DNA of 63,894 nucleotides, filler included, from Trichomonas gallinae (GCA_008369845.1; 4 parts of 4 records of this genome joined end to end with filler, not necessarily neighbours in it); one strand, 5' to 3'. Positions 10,101-20,092 are shown, numbered from the whole stretch's first letter. Made by a program: numbers and translations. The notes: generated from the sequence alone by a model not told the origin.

Positions 10101-12229
10101 GTTTTCTTTGATAAAATATTAAAATCTAAAATTCTAAATTCTATTAATGAAGCGGCTTTTTCTGGAACATCGCCGCCATAAAAGTCTAAAACATCTTTCT
10201 TGTAATTCGAGATATTCTCTAAAGTGTTTTGCAATAATGTAGCTGCAAATTCTGTATCGAAAGTAGCAATACTTTTAGTTGCTTCCTCCAAAAACTGGTG
10301 CGAAATGTTTATATTCGGAGCTGGACGTTTCGTTAGTCTTGTCAAAGCATTGACCTGCAAATTCAAGTCACCTAGAATATCATACAAGATAGATTCAGCG
10401 ATTTCATCTTCCCCTGAAACAAAAGGTACATAATTAAGTGGCGAAAAATTCAAGAGTGAAATATTTTGTGCTTTGATTGATTTATCTTGGAAATTCAGGA
10501 TTGACTTGATATGGTTGTTAACAGCAAGAAGAGACCTTCTTCTCTGTCGCCTAGGACTTGGAATTTCATTCACTCTGAAGTTTTCTGACAAGGCTGAAGT
10601 TTGAATAAGTTTTGGAATGAATGAAAATTCTGGCTTCGCGAATTTCGTTGCTGCAACTCTTGAGACCTTGTTAAGGATTCTTTTATTAATTTCTGGTGGC
10701 TGTGTTTTTGTTTCCAATATATGTGGAATAGATTTCTTGCGTGTGTTAAACAGAGAATCAATTGTATTTGTGAAATCAATTTCAATTTCATTGGAAATAA
10801 TTTCTGCTTTTCTTTCATTGATCCTTGATGCAATTTTCTTGTCTATTGCTCTTTTAGATAGAGCCGACAATGGTTTGAGATTTACATCGAAATTAGAAAT
10901 CCTTAAATTGATGTTTGCTGAAGCAAATCTTGAAACATCTTCAATTGCTTTTTCATATCTATGCTGTGGAACTAAAACTTTCTCTGATGCAACTGAAATT
11001 TGTTTCACGTTTTCCTTTCCAATATTCACGAACTGCTTGACAGAGTAGTTTAATTTCGGTGGCTTCATTTTCAATTCAGCTTGTGGGAAAACAAAGAAAT
11101 TCGATATTATTTTGCTCGGCAAATTTCTCCAAAGTTTGAAGAATTTTGTTTTGAGATATTTTCTTTCTTGTCTTTCTTTATTCGCCTTTCTGTACCATCT
11201 CTGAATGTCTCTTGCTGTATCATTGATCATCTGCGCGTAGAAATAATCATTTGTTTCATCAAATAATTTTTTGACAACTGACTGACAATTCTTGGAATCT
11301 TTTGCTTTTTCCCTCCAAATCTTGAAATAACTGTTTCTCTTTTGTATCAACCTTTCCTTCTCTCTGTCTTCATCGAGTTTGGATTTCGCGTCTATTAATA
11401 ATTTCTGGCGATCAAACAGCAAAAGTTTTGAGCATATTTGGGAAATTTTATCTTCGTAAAAATCTCTTTTGATTTGTTTCTGTATTTGTTTGTGGAAATT
11501 TATCTTTGATAGTATCTCATTGTACTGGTGCCACTTCCTTCTATACTTGAGGCTGTTGGCCGCTAACTTGAGTTCTTTGCGTTGATTCAAATAAATTGAG
11601 CCTGCAGCGAAATTTTCCCAAATAATTTTAATTTGTCCAGCGATGCATTGGTGTATCATGTGATTTCTCATGAGCATGTGCATTAAATCTGTCCAATTGT
11701 TCCGTAAGTCAAGTCTTTCGCGCGCATATTCAAGATCTTGCAATCTTTCATGACGTACGAAATTTTTGACTAATTTCTGCCATTTCTGTGATGTTTTGTG
11801 TTTCGATTCTATTGTTTTGTGTGTTTTATCTTTCCAATCAGTAAAATAGTCGTCGATCAAATTTTGATTTTGAATAATTTGGAGGCCTTCGTAGAAATTA
11901 TCAAATTTTGCTTGCTTTTGTAGATGGTCGGTCAAATTAATCCATTTTCGTTGACTTATTTTTCTGATTTCTTCTAGTTTCGCTTTGTTAACGTATTGGC
12001 ACTGTTTTTTAAACTTATCATGCAAAAGATCTCTAACTAAAGTCTTCCATAAATACAAAGAGTGCCATTTACGAAATGATTTTCGGATAGATTTTGATTG
12101 GATGATGTCGAATCTTCGCGCTAGATAGTAAGATTTTCTATATGCTTCGATTCTGTCCGTTCTTATATTGTCTTTCGCGAGTTTTGCCCATTTTTGTCGT
12201 AATTTCATCCGATTTATTATTCTTTTCAT
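4172..12229 (-). CDS. Giant 2685-aa protein: Trp-rich Sfi1-like/IQ-like N-terminus, acidic repetitive middle, C-terminal WxLPxWWDP repeats (true start possibly 12341)
   Basis: 8-kb ORF. F..W repeats (FRKWH, YFTDWK, YFKIWR, FFKLWR), IQ-like ARDIQRWYRK and three WxLPxWWDP units. Confidence 0.85.
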   Translation of the reverse strand: MKRIINRMKLRQKWAKLAKDNIRTDRIEAYRKSYYLARRFDIIQSKSIRKSFRKWHSLYLWKTLVRDLLHDKFKKQCQYVNKAKLEEIRKISQRKWINLTDHLQKQAKFDNFYEGLQIIQNQNLIDDYFTDWKDKTHKTIESKHKTSQKWQKLVKNFVRHERLQDLEYARERLDLRNNWTDLMHMLMRNHMIHQCIAGQIKIIWENFAAGSIYLNQRKELKLAANSLKYRRKWHQYNEILSKINFHKQIQKQIKRDFYEDKISQICSKLLLFDRQKLLIDAKSKLDEDREKERLIQKRNSYFKIWREKAKDSKNCQSVVKKLFDETNDYFYAQMINDTARDIQRWYRKANKERQERKYLKTKFFKLWRNLPSKIISNFFVFPQAELKMKPPKLNYSVKQFVNIGKENVKQISVASEKVLVPQHRYEKAIEDVSRFASANINLRISNFDVNLKPLSALSKRAIDKKIASRINERKAEIISNEIEIDFTNTIDSLFNTRKKSIPHILETKTQPPEINKRILNKVSRVAATKFAKPEFSFIPKLIQTSALSENFRVNEIPSPRRQRRRSLLAVNNHIKSILNFQDKSIKAQNISLLNFSPLNYVPFVSGEDEIAESILYDILGDLNLQVNALTRLTKRPAPNINISHQFLEEATKSIATFDTEFAATLLQNTLENISNYKKDVLDFYGGDVPEKAASLIEFRILDFNILSKKTEKLMNFQKSSPPFIYENYDVDLNLNFEERNPLFSLEPKSKPDIEKLIEKSDIEDSISIEFFTDYLVNIKKFSYLHEEHQAQSYDDEDLYENDLSFNELKTKTSFKEFVHKPYPSTINDLSDFVYDLKLPELEIENRGLRELNALKPKEQPNIVVPNDILQEVIEDILLRDDFIEPTNLDILSDFKQIEEVEIDINKIINVDDIGKKLNEIPQIIVRKSTFRYDFENVPSILDDAELIDYKLDLELNIDQCINKEFGYVKKISLDEAENASFDVDLNLQNLQNENSLLEYSKSFIPLNAADSIRYDFNVPEIQTYDISKSLLTLIPNEKLIHLQKKADEVCEDFTLTNELFIPLPKLKSSLLSYEHIDIDEQESNHIQNLPNFEEIIRKSPLIYYEKHFIPYNVDCIQFVPKINLNDLPIHGKSLKSFKPLEKPVKFERDSLEVSKQIILSLQMPDFSFEKIVDKIFNFKHDELNFYEFSDYEVDLSYDLLLPRRSPFDNFTPIIVPDPDVSFIDFSLFDKINFNFIPNFNFKLLDNLVPIEESEKNEHDSNEVAHNKELLDSISENFILPETIFDKSLFNFEKINCKEQTTEYDIDFSEAFSEFNKQNAIIYYEREQIPSFDADKVTLYVEIDFDLKNDNSKFLINLTANEPISKFKNEAEELSDNIDVLSNVEQILHIPDFSKESKLNNFKNFIKDELNIYDFNEYDVELSLEKLLQSNSSLLNIFPIILPKVDISFIEFDSQMNFADFDSPLKSFSALSPKSFSNKNEIDAYNVANHPNLIESLLDCLQIPEISNNSSLTNFEHHDIDIYDTTNYEVDLELDNINIHKKSIYNLKKVEVPDVKIDFIDEEINQNLTIDFGKLSINCLENLKPLESSNKDEIDSINISKDPRFVESIINKLIIPDFEQNQFLGFFEKIYPKEQETEYFVDFSNLFDEFSFPIQEFTRESIPLSFADEVSYDVDFGKYDEIIPDLTSLIYLKPNQNISKYEKDSVEISKKICPHLFIPMFDLAKMTISAPPRPKIDERFIQANSENVLEDFDFDMNELNLYDYGKALYNMKKFEREFNIPDDIIPVNYLFDIKDLIPIPGKTKPLKVYKEIEIPEIEIDFDHKLIAHNFEELRMVTVNPLKRLVPRKPRPQTIREHFILTRNFVNNLSRNLDLSDLQNLNFNCLLNGNLVPSQIPTNLANEIAEFIDIKLIIPDLEIKMPLKNYDRERIQEIDEIYDVFDLYEHNLDIDIKYDNCLMAFRPELELKRTEEIAEEFANEFSLDFDFDSLKFENALNILQPKESPDDTFLVNSVTMLDKLFIPQETLLEKVSCLQNLTKISNPNTAKFADEIFPADLQINFPDMVSFTPKQNIKPLNSITKIEIPPPVVGHISLDSSNLGRFSVMDNVQQLAVPLINTNVEIVRSHAKRDIRLRKSMNHLRLSLMEDIQDYFESMILKPAINELKNVTANSDVQIVVNEMDDHLEDLVYDFSDNLVVNLFENIQFCTEENINEQNNSIENINPNELRSPKFVVPRPLSPQKQAVPLTVDDQPSPEKISSPRSPKPTSPVFEKSIQQKPKHHKSSASHRKDKHKLPNSQANVVEQKIDSRKPDNVKSPIPTPSPIYEKPIQQKSDDDMSTISPKSQKSIPSPIYEKPQLQTNEKEDAKVDEQKLDNEKPLIPINPSILQKAKSTPENNEKQRKVTFSDEAKIASQPKITAGEEIANIALEAAVIISSRIASLSATKFEFPFTEKIPQNNQEEDELKEYLEEDLDYYLEGMTGDIVIQSMMYALDSSLGSIIHPPKVPHIRWILPTWWDPKAEHTTFSEEYSLDFNEERQKKPIPHIKWVLPDWWDPYADKPTFSEDYSADDFDNIVINPENLIQPKKKHVSWVLPDWWDPNKKTNHDDDEEYSQEFFDAIERIKELSRNRRKQSKPLMQQEYAEEEPLVEVQKKHHHHHHKKKSDRLPPPPKDFLENPGPSEITQFEF

Positions 12230-13028
12230 GCGAAATAAGTTAGATGAAACATCGAAAACATCAATTTCGTATTCACTACCAGTATGGAGGAGCGAACTAT
12301 CCGTGTAATTATCACTGGATGAAGCCCCTCCGAAAAAACATCGTTAATAAATCTTCAAATTATAAAAATTTTGAGAGACCGTTTACTTTACTAAAATATT
12401 TTGACAAGTAAATAGATTTACTTGACATTTTACTTTACATTTCAATTTTTTTCATTCATAGATTGTTGACACGTAAATAATATTTACATGGTCAATTTTT
12501 CACAATAAAGTTTTCTCAAGATGAATGACTATATATGTATTAGATCTTGCTTTCATTATGACTTCACTACTACAAATTAGAAATATGCAGCACCAGATAT
12601 GAAGAAATAATGTGATATTAATGGTATACACAATATTAAAGATGGTCTCTCAATGTTTATGATGTTTTCATTGATAAGACAAATCTACCTTTTTACGTAT
12701 ATTCGTATATGGAAGATAAAGGTAATATATTTTACTCAATTCTTAACCTTGAGTTGAATGGGATTATATTTCTTTTGTTCATATGACTTTCTCTAGCTGC
12801 AATACAAATTTCTTATAAATGAAAGACAAATTTATAAAATATATAAAATAAAAAAAACAGAGATAATATGCTTGATTTTTGTTAAACTAGATGGGACAAA
12901 TAATATGATTTTTTGTGATTTGCTTGGTAATTTTGATATTGAACCAGAATTTTTTTTTTTGTAAATAATCATTGTATTATGTTCTAACTTTTGAACACTT
13001 GGATAAAGCTTGAAATGAGTGAATATCT

Positions 13029-13853
13029 CTATGATCCTGGTTCTGTGAGATCATCAGTTGTTGAATCAGGTGAAATGTCATCTTTCTTTGCGATTTGTTG
13101 CTTCTTCTTTAAATGCCATTTGAGTGGATTAAGTGACTTAATACTATTCCACAATAGAAGGAATAATGATGAAATATATGTAAACATTTTAACGAAAAAC
13201 TCGATTGTGCGCATCTTGAAGCTTCCTCCTGCGCCTTCTAGACCATCTAACCAGTCATCAAGAACTGTTAATTTTGCATTAACTGCTTCAGTTGTTTGAG
13301 AAAGGGAAACTGCTTTTCCTTGTAATAATCTAACCTTTTGTGATACCTCGCCAATCTTTTTGTTAGTGCGAATAACATTTGTATCGATTGTTTCGATATC
13401 GTGATGAAGAAAATCAATAGTTGTTTTAACTTGCATTGTAACTGCATTAAGTTCTTGCATTGGTAATTCGACATTAATTCGATTTCGAATCGGTTCATCC
13501 ATTCTTTTCATGAATGAATCTGGAAAAACTTGTATTTGTCGAGGAATTGGATTATCATTGCGTACTATTGGAGGTGGTTCTTCTTTCTTTGGCTCTTCAG
13601 CTGGTTGAGGCTGTTGAATTGAAGGAAGAAAGATTTTACTTGGTAAGTCTTTGTTTTTTAATGATGTTGCTGAGAAAAATGGTAATTTTTCTGATGTTCT
13701 TGCTGTTTTTAACGTTGAGTTTTTGTGTAAATTTCCAGAATTAAATTTAGTTTCTTTTGTACTGGGCTGATCATCTTGTATTGTAAGCTCATCGATATGA
13801 GATGATGATCTATCCCTCCTTCTTAATTGAAAATTACCAAATGTTTGAAACAT
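13029..13853 (-). CDS. Coiled-coil protein with C-terminal hydrophobic segment
   Basis: ATG at 13853. Heptad-like region (LNAVTMQV...LTVLDDWL) followed by hydrophobic MFTYISSLFLLLW. Confidence 0.75.
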   Translation of the reverse strand: MFQTFGNFQLRRRDRSSSHIDELTIQDDQPSTKETKFNSGNLHKNSTLKTARTSEKLPFFSATSLKNKDLPSKIFLPSIQQPQPAEEPKKEEPPPIVRNDNPIPRQIQVFPDSFMKRMDEPIRNRINVELPMQELNAVTMQVKTTIDFLHHDIETIDTNVIRTNKKIGEVSQKVRLLQGKAVSLSQTTEAVNAKLTVLDDWLDGLEGAGGSFKMRTIEFFVKMFTYISSLFLLLWNSIKSLNPLKWHLKKKQQIAKKDDISPDSTTDDLTEPGS

Positions 13854-14142
13854 TATTTTCCAAAATAAATTTTGACGTGTAAACATTACATGTCAAAAAC
13901 AATTTTACAATAACTAATCATGTGCTATGTTTAGTTCTAAATAAACAAGCTCGATCCGGATTTATATCCATGGGGAAATGGGTTAATAGTGTTTTAATAT
14001 TATAGTTTCAAAAAATTTTAGTATAATAAAGAATTAGTAAAGGTAATATGAATTTTTATTAATTACAAAGCCTGTATTGACAATAACAATAACGATTGTG
14101 TATTTATTGTTGAAATGTCGGAATTCTATTAAATTTTCATTC

Positions 14143-14457
14143 TTATTTGCCTGTGAACTTCTTTCTAAGTTGAACTTTCACGAAGTCGAAGCGTTTTAAG
14201 TCCTTTTCTGTTTCAAGTTTATAATTGTACGAAGTAAGAACAGGTTGTTTGAGTATTTGTGAAAGATATGTTGCTAATTCATCTGATGGAGCATCTCCCA
14301 TAAGGTGAGTCGTTGCTGTTGAAGGCATTGAGAATGAAAGATCATCAAATTTGGTTGTTCCTTGTCCGATGTAGATATATATCGATTTACCGAAATTTAT
14401 TGTCTGTACGAAAATCTCTTCATCGAGTAAATCTAAAGTAAACTCGTTTGCTTGCAT
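14143..14457 (-). CDS. PSMG4: Proteasome assembly chaperone 4 (PAC4/POC4)-like protein
   Basis: 104 aa with the family pattern SIYIYIG...FDDLSFSMP...TTHLMGD..SDELATYLSQILKQPVLTSYN. Confidence 0.65.
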   Translation of the reverse strand: MQANEFTLDLLDEEIFVQTINFGKSIYIYIGQGTTKFDDLSFSMPSTATTHLMGDAPSDELATYLSQILKQPVLTSYNYKLETEKDLKRFDFVKVQLRKKFTGK

Positions 14458-15059
14458 TATAATAAATGGCAACTAAATTTTGTCATGTAAATAATTTACA
14501 AAAAGTAATGTCATATAATGATAAAAAGTGCCAAATAATTTTTTGTCGTGTAAATGATTTCTTTACGTGGCAATAATCTCATTCATTAATTAAACACTTT
14601 CTCAGTTGAATAAATATTTAGCATACAAAATAAAACCTAATCATCAATGAATTTCAAAATTTGGTGAATAAATTTTCAATTCCTGTCAAGGAATCTCATA
14701 TTAAGTTTAATTGCACTTATAAGCCATTCCATAACATGTATATAGTCTATTTTACTAAATTATATCTCATTAATTAATGTTCACGGTCGAAATTTTGAAG
14801 AACTGTATTAATAACTGAATATCAAAGAAAGTGCATTATAAATTCCCATTATTACTAACTCAGGAGCATGGATTCAAAGCAGATTTTTTAAAAATCACGT
14901 AATGGAAGAAAAACCGATGAAATCTCTTAAAATTTCACCGAATCACAGCATAACCATGTTGCTATAACAATATTATTTCATAATTTGTTAAAATGAGAGG
15001 TAAACTATGGATAAAACTAAAAAAACTATTTATAAATAACAAATAAACATAAAAATAAC

Positions 15060-15446
15060 TTAATTTGGATGGCTGATGAGAACGACTGGAACAGCTGGCT
15101 TCTGAATGATATCACGGTTAGATAATAAAGGAGGAATAGAATAGAAAGACATATCAAACTTCTTAGGGAACTGCAATGAAGTTAACCATGAGTTAAATGA
15201 ATCATTTGGATCCTGCTGCATTGGAATCTGTGATTTGTGCAAGAGTTCATGGCATCTAGCCTTGACAGAAGTATTCCAACGATTCTTAACAAGTGTATCT
15301 GTTCTTCCAGGCAAAAATCTAGCAATATCTGCCCATCTGTTACCAAGCTCTCTTTGCTTTTCAGCCAAAATACAGTCCTCAGAATATGTCCATGGACCCT
15401 TATTAATCTTTGGGTCTAAATGATTGTGCCATCTCTCACGGCACTG
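15060..15446 (-). CDS. R2R3 Myb transcription factor, 5'-truncated by assembly gap
   Basis: QCRERWHNHLDPKINKGPWTYSEDCILAEKQRELGNRWADIARFLPGRTDTLVKNRWN runs open up to the N gap. Confidence 0.9.
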   Translation of the reverse strand, partial: QCRERWHNHLDPKINKGPWTYSEDCILAEKQRELGNRWADIARFLPGRTDTLVKNRWNTSVKARCHELLHKSQIPMQQDPNDSFNSWLTSLQFPKKFDMSFYSIPPLLSNRDIIQKPAVPVVLISHPN

Positions 15447-15546
15447 NNNNNNNNNNNNNNNNNNNNNNNNNNNNNNNNNNNNNNNNNNNNTTAATTAATT
15501 AANNNNNNNNNNNNNNNNNNNNNNNNNNNNNNNNNNNNNNNNNNNN
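15447..15546. other. Assembly linker (N44-TTAATTAATTAA-N44)
   Basis: Six-frame stop linker, identical at all three gaps. Confidence 0.97.
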
Positions 15547-15734
15547 TTCTGTGCTCCAAAAAGACTTCAGTTCTAGGACCGTTATGATTTTAACGTCATT
15601 TCTATCGTCATTGGTACACCTCTCTTAATCTTATGCTTGAGGATATGATAGGATGAGTTTGTAAATTATATTATGTATCCCAACTTTCTCTCCCAATCGA
15701 AATGCAAAATATTTATTGGGTATCATATGTTTGT

Positions 15735-15798
15735 GGAAAAAGGTGCAACACGTGAAAAATAGACAAACGCTGCATTAGAAGCTTAATCAAGTCCTCAA
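15735..15798 (+). repeat. Dispersed ~60-bp repeat, copy 1 (copy 2 at 60869-60927)
   Basis: GGAAAAAGG..CGTGAAAAATAG.CAAA.GCTGC..TAGAAGCTTAATC is shared between the two sites. Confidence 0.7.
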
Positions 15799-15960
15799 AC
15801 TCTATATAGGATTTGTACACATCATTTTCTAACTTCATGAAATGACCAATTCATTCTAATTGTTGAAACCTCAATATTCTGATTCTTATAATTGAGGTTT
15901 AATCTCATATCATTGTAAAAAATATAAATTTTCAAAACAAATACAAACAAACATTTATTA

Positions 15961-17379
15961 TTAAGTTTCTGCCAAAGAGGGAAGTTCAGGAAGTTCTGCT
16001 CTACATACAGGACATGTGTATTTATGTTCAAGCCATTGCTTCAAACACGAATAATGAAGACAGTGTTTGCATGGTGTGATGATTGGATCTCCCATTGTAA
16101 CAGGGAGCAAACATATTGGGCATGTAGCGCCTTGTGGGATTTTCTCCCTTGTATACTTTGGTTTTCGAGTCGATAATATAAAATCTGTCAAATGCTTTTG
16201 GAATAATAAAGCAAGAGTCTGTGTAATAAGAGAAATTAGGACTAATATAAACATTCTGGGTGAGTATGCCTTAAATATACTCAACTTATAGAGAAAACAA
16301 TAACCGAAAAATAATATACGTGAAAGTGAGGAATATAACAAAACGCTTATTCCTGGTGATGCATTGAAGCCTGTACTAATGTTCAAGAATATCTGCGCGC
16401 TCCAAGGAAGCGCTGCAAACAAAACTTGGAAAATTGAAAAATAATTAGTGAGTTTTGTACAAATGAATATGGAAACAAAACTCAGTACTATATAGGATAT
16501 GGTTGATATAGTTATTGACTGTTTTGGAATGGCGATCATCGATCGAATAATTTGCGGAAGGGCCTCGACGACAAATAATGCTAGGTAAACGATGATTAAA
16601 AAGTAAACAAGATACTGTGGAGCGAGTTCAGTGATGAATTTATCAACTAAAATGGAGATCATTGATGTATCGAAAGAAAGCATCAAAATCATCGCGGTTA
16701 TAGATATTAAATTACGATCTATATATGACTTTGGGATTTTTCTTAGGTTAAACCAAGATAAATGACTGAATAAAAATATTAATGCAATAATAACGCAAAA
16801 TTTGGTTGATTCCGCACGAAGTGCTGGTATTCTTAAGAATCTGCCTGTGAAAAAGTATGATAATGCGATTGATGTAAAATTCCCTCTTATATTCAGTGGT
16901 AAATATATATAATTATCATCAGAATTGTTATCAATATCTTCATATTTCATCACGAAGCGTCTAAAAGAATCAAAACCTGAATTTTTGAACGATGTTATTA
17001 TTTTAAAAACGTCGTCATTTGATAAATCGTTATCAAATATGTCCTTAAAGAATGACATATTGGTGCATATATCATATAGCGTATCATTTGTCCATGATCC
17101 CATTAAAATTGTCGATCTAGATAATGAACTTCGATAACCGCAGACTTTTATTGACTTAAGTATGTATGAATTCTTCATTTCATCACGAAATGAAAGCGTA
17201 CCTTTATAATGAGTATACCATAAGTCTGAAATAATCGTTTTTAGATTTAGGATATAAGTCGCTGATTGAGCTTCATTTAAAAAATCATTGATATACGATA
17301 CCTCAGTCCAATTGCCACTTATCGCAAAGTCATAATCGAATCCTCTCTGTTTCAATAAGATAAAACAAAGAAGAAACAT
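15961..17379 (-). CDS. Multi-pass membrane RING-H2 E3 ubiquitin ligase
   Basis: Signal-like N-terminus, ~7 hydrophobic segments and C-terminal CPIC...PCKHCLHYSCLKQWL....CPVCR. Confidence 0.88.
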   Translation of the reverse strand: MFLLCFILLKQRGFDYDFAISGNWTEVSYINDFLNEAQSATYILNLKTIISDLWYTHYKGTLSFRDEMKNSYILKSIKVCGYRSSLSRSTILMGSWTNDTLYDICTNMSFFKDIFDNDLSNDDVFKIITSFKNSGFDSFRRFVMKYEDIDNNSDDNYIYLPLNIRGNFTSIALSYFFTGRFLRIPALRAESTKFCVIIALIFLFSHLSWFNLRKIPKSYIDRNLISITAMILMLSFDTSMISILVDKFITELAPQYLVYFLIIVYLALFVVEALPQIIRSMIAIPKQSITISTISYIVLSFVSIFICTKLTNYFSIFQVLFAALPWSAQIFLNISTGFNASPGISVLLYSSLSRILFFGYCFLYKLSIFKAYSPRMFILVLISLITQTLALLFQKHLTDFILSTRKPKYTREKIPQGATCPICLLPVTMGDPIITPCKHCLHYSCLKQWLEHKYTCPVCRAELPELPSLAET

Positions 17380-18338
17380 TTATAAAATTTTAAAAGTATT
17401 GAATTTAATCGGATCCTTGTGAAAAATGATCGCTATGATCCAATAAACACAAATATCAATTAATTTAGACTTATAATGATCAAAAATTTTATCTGTTTGA
17501 TTTTGATCTAAAATCATTAACTCAACGCATACAGATACACATGGTGGATACCATGCATCGATCATTTTGTTTCATTTTCTCGTTTTCGAAAAATTATTGA
17601 GAGTTTTCCGACCCGTATACAAAACATAAATCATGACAGCGAAAAATAAGCCCATAACAGGCAGGAGAAGCATTGCACAATGAAATACTTCAACAGTTCA
17701 TCGTTAATTACAATTTTCAATACAATGATTTTCAGACTTTTACGGGTGTGACAACGGAACGTAAACATGATTGAAAACCATCATTATCTGGCTTTCGACT
17801 ATTTTCATTTTGAATTTCATTGAAATTTGAATCATAAATAATCGTAGTGTCATAATTTTCAAAATGAAAATGAAACAAAAAAAATATGAAAAAAATTAGG
17901 CCAACAAATAAAAACAAGACGTATTTAGCCCATATTCAACATAGTGATATAGTTGTCCGCTAATATTTTTATCACTCTGCCTTCTTAATAGAAATTATTT
18001 CGATGAAGTTGTTTTGACTTCCAAGAGTTGAAGAAAATTCCTCAAATTATCTATTTTGACTTGTATTTGTTCTGCTCCTTCACGAATTTGATTGGTAATT
18101 ATATTAATCACAATGAAAATACGCGAAAATGAAATTATAACTTCATTTTTCATCATACAAATATATGCTATTCTTGTCAATGATTTTTAAATAGTTTTGA
18201 ATGATGTTATTTTGTTGTCTTGTTTTCTTTTAAGAACAGTGCCATAATATTTTGTGCATTCACTACTGAAGAAAAAATACACAAAAATTTCAACCATGAC
18301 AAACTACAAACAAATTTTATAAAATAACAAAAATGATA

Positions 18339-19517
18339 TCAAGAAAATGAAGATAAATCTATCTTCTGAGAGGTGTATTTCGCGCTGAAATTTGTTGGAA
18401 TAAGATGAACATCTTTCATCGGAGGATTTTTAATTTGATATTTTCGTTCTCGAACAAGATTCCAATCTATTCCATCAAAGAACTTCGAATTCTGTATTTT
18501 ATCTAGTGTCAAACGTTCTTTTGGATCTTTCTTTAGAATATTCGTTATCAAATCTTTAATTTCTGGTGTCGCGTGTTTAGGAAATTTAAGTTCATCATTT
18601 AGAATTGCTGATGCAGTGTCTTCTTTATTACGCCCAGAAAATGGTGTGTATCCAAAACTAATTTCGAATAAAAGAATTCCATAAGCCCAAATATCGATCA
18701 TGCTGGTATATTCAACGTGTTTTATCATTTCAGGCGACATGTATGACATTGTTCCGCATATTTCTGATGCTGATGCGCTTTCAAGTGAAAAGCCGAAATC
18801 TGTGAGTAAAATATGGCCATCTAGATTTAAAAGTATGTTTTCTGGCTTAAGATCGCGATATATAATATTATGAGAATGCAGAAATTCTAAAACAACAAAA
18901 ATTTCAGCCATTATGATTTTTATATCTTCATTTGTTCTATTTGGAGTTCTACTCATCCAGAAATTTAGATCACCACCAGGTGCATATTCCAAACATAATG
19001 AGAACATTTTACTATTTTCAACAATACTAAGTTTTTTGATTATCATTGGATGTTGGAATTTGGTGAGAAAATTATTTTCGTTTTTTAATGATTTCATTGC
19101 TGCCTGGTTATCTTTATTAGCAGTTTTTAAAACCGCTAATCGACTTGTGCTTGTATTTTGAACTAAGTAGACGTTTGAAGTGAATCCAGAGCCAATTTTA
19201 CAAATAATTGAGAACTGTTCGTATTTATCTGTTATTCCCGAATGTTCTAATATTGTTTTGAATTTAAATTTAAGTTCATTTCGAAGATTTTGATTTTTTG
19301 AACAAAGAATGATAGATTCTAGATTGGAAAATTTCAACTCTATGGCATCATTTTCAAGTTCTGTGATCATTAATGCTTTATTCATTGGGTATTGAATATC
19401 GTTATTTTCGTATTTTTCATCTCTGCTGATAATGAAGGTGTTGTCGTCGAAGAAAACTTTCCTGCGCATCCAAATACCTTTTGACGTGCCTTTACGACTC
19501 AGCCATCCTTCAAACAT
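18339..19517 (-). CDS. AGC-family Ser/Thr kinase with N-terminal PH-like domain
   Basis: FEGWLSRKG...W PH-like start. Kinase motifs GSGFTS, VLK, YRDLKPEN, DFG, CGT..YMSPE and the FFDGIDW tail. Confidence 0.92.
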   Translation of the reverse strand: MFEGWLSRKGTSKGIWMRRKVFFDDNTFIISRDEKYENNDIQYPMNKALMITELENDAIELKFSNLESIILCSKNQNLRNELKFKFKTILEHSGITDKYEQFSIICKIGSGFTSNVYLVQNTSTSRLAVLKTANKDNQAAMKSLKNENNFLTKFQHPMIIKKLSIVENSKMFSLCLEYAPGGDLNFWMSRTPNRTNEDIKIIMAEIFVVLEFLHSHNIIYRDLKPENILLNLDGHILLTDFGFSLESASASEICGTMSYMSPEMIKHVEYTSMIDIWAYGILLFEISFGYTPFSGRNKEDTASAILNDELKFPKHATPEIKDLITNILKKDPKERLTLDKIQNSKFFDGIDWNLVRERKYQIKNPPMKDVHLIPTNFSAKYTSQKIDLSSFS

Positions 19518-20092
19518 TACAATTTTTCAAAAACAAAAATGAAAAATTGAGAATGTTAGAATTTTTTGATCAATTTTAACTTTTCATTACGCTATTCGCC
19601 AACAATTATGAATGATTCGATGAAAATATCTCAAAAACATTCAATTTTATAGATAAGGTGAAGCACACCAAGGCTTTTGAAAGCATTCCTTACTACCTAT
19701 GTCCTAAGATGGACTCAACTCTTTTATATTTTATTCACAAGTTCATTTCTTTCAGAATTTTTGTCAAAATATATATTTTAAAACTTCAAAAAGATAGTCC
19801 AGTAGGGATAATTGCACACAAGTTTATAGTGGCAAATGAAGTATTTTACTAATTCAAAATCAAAATAATTTTCTACTGGATTTATTGCTTTAATATAAAT
19901 TATAAAACTAGAGGACAATCCATATATGCCTATAGATTTTATTTATGTACTCATCAATACCTGATTTGCAATAATAATTCATCGATAACTAAAATTAATT
20001 TAAAATATCAGATTTTAGTTTACAATATATTTTTGACATATAAAATTTACAAATTTATTGAAATTTTGTCAGTTTTTAGTTTACAAAATCAA

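Noticed and set aside
2085..11266. Many antisense or overlapping ORFs (e.g. 2085-2690, 10617-11048), with similar cases in 31203-33775
   Set aside because: These are shadow ORFs caused by the codon bias of long opposite-strand genes, with no independent motifs.
15547..15640. Possible continuation of the Myb gene across gap 1
   Set aside because: The minus-strand frames I read show no Myb R2 sequence, so the true gap is larger or the contigs are not adjacent.
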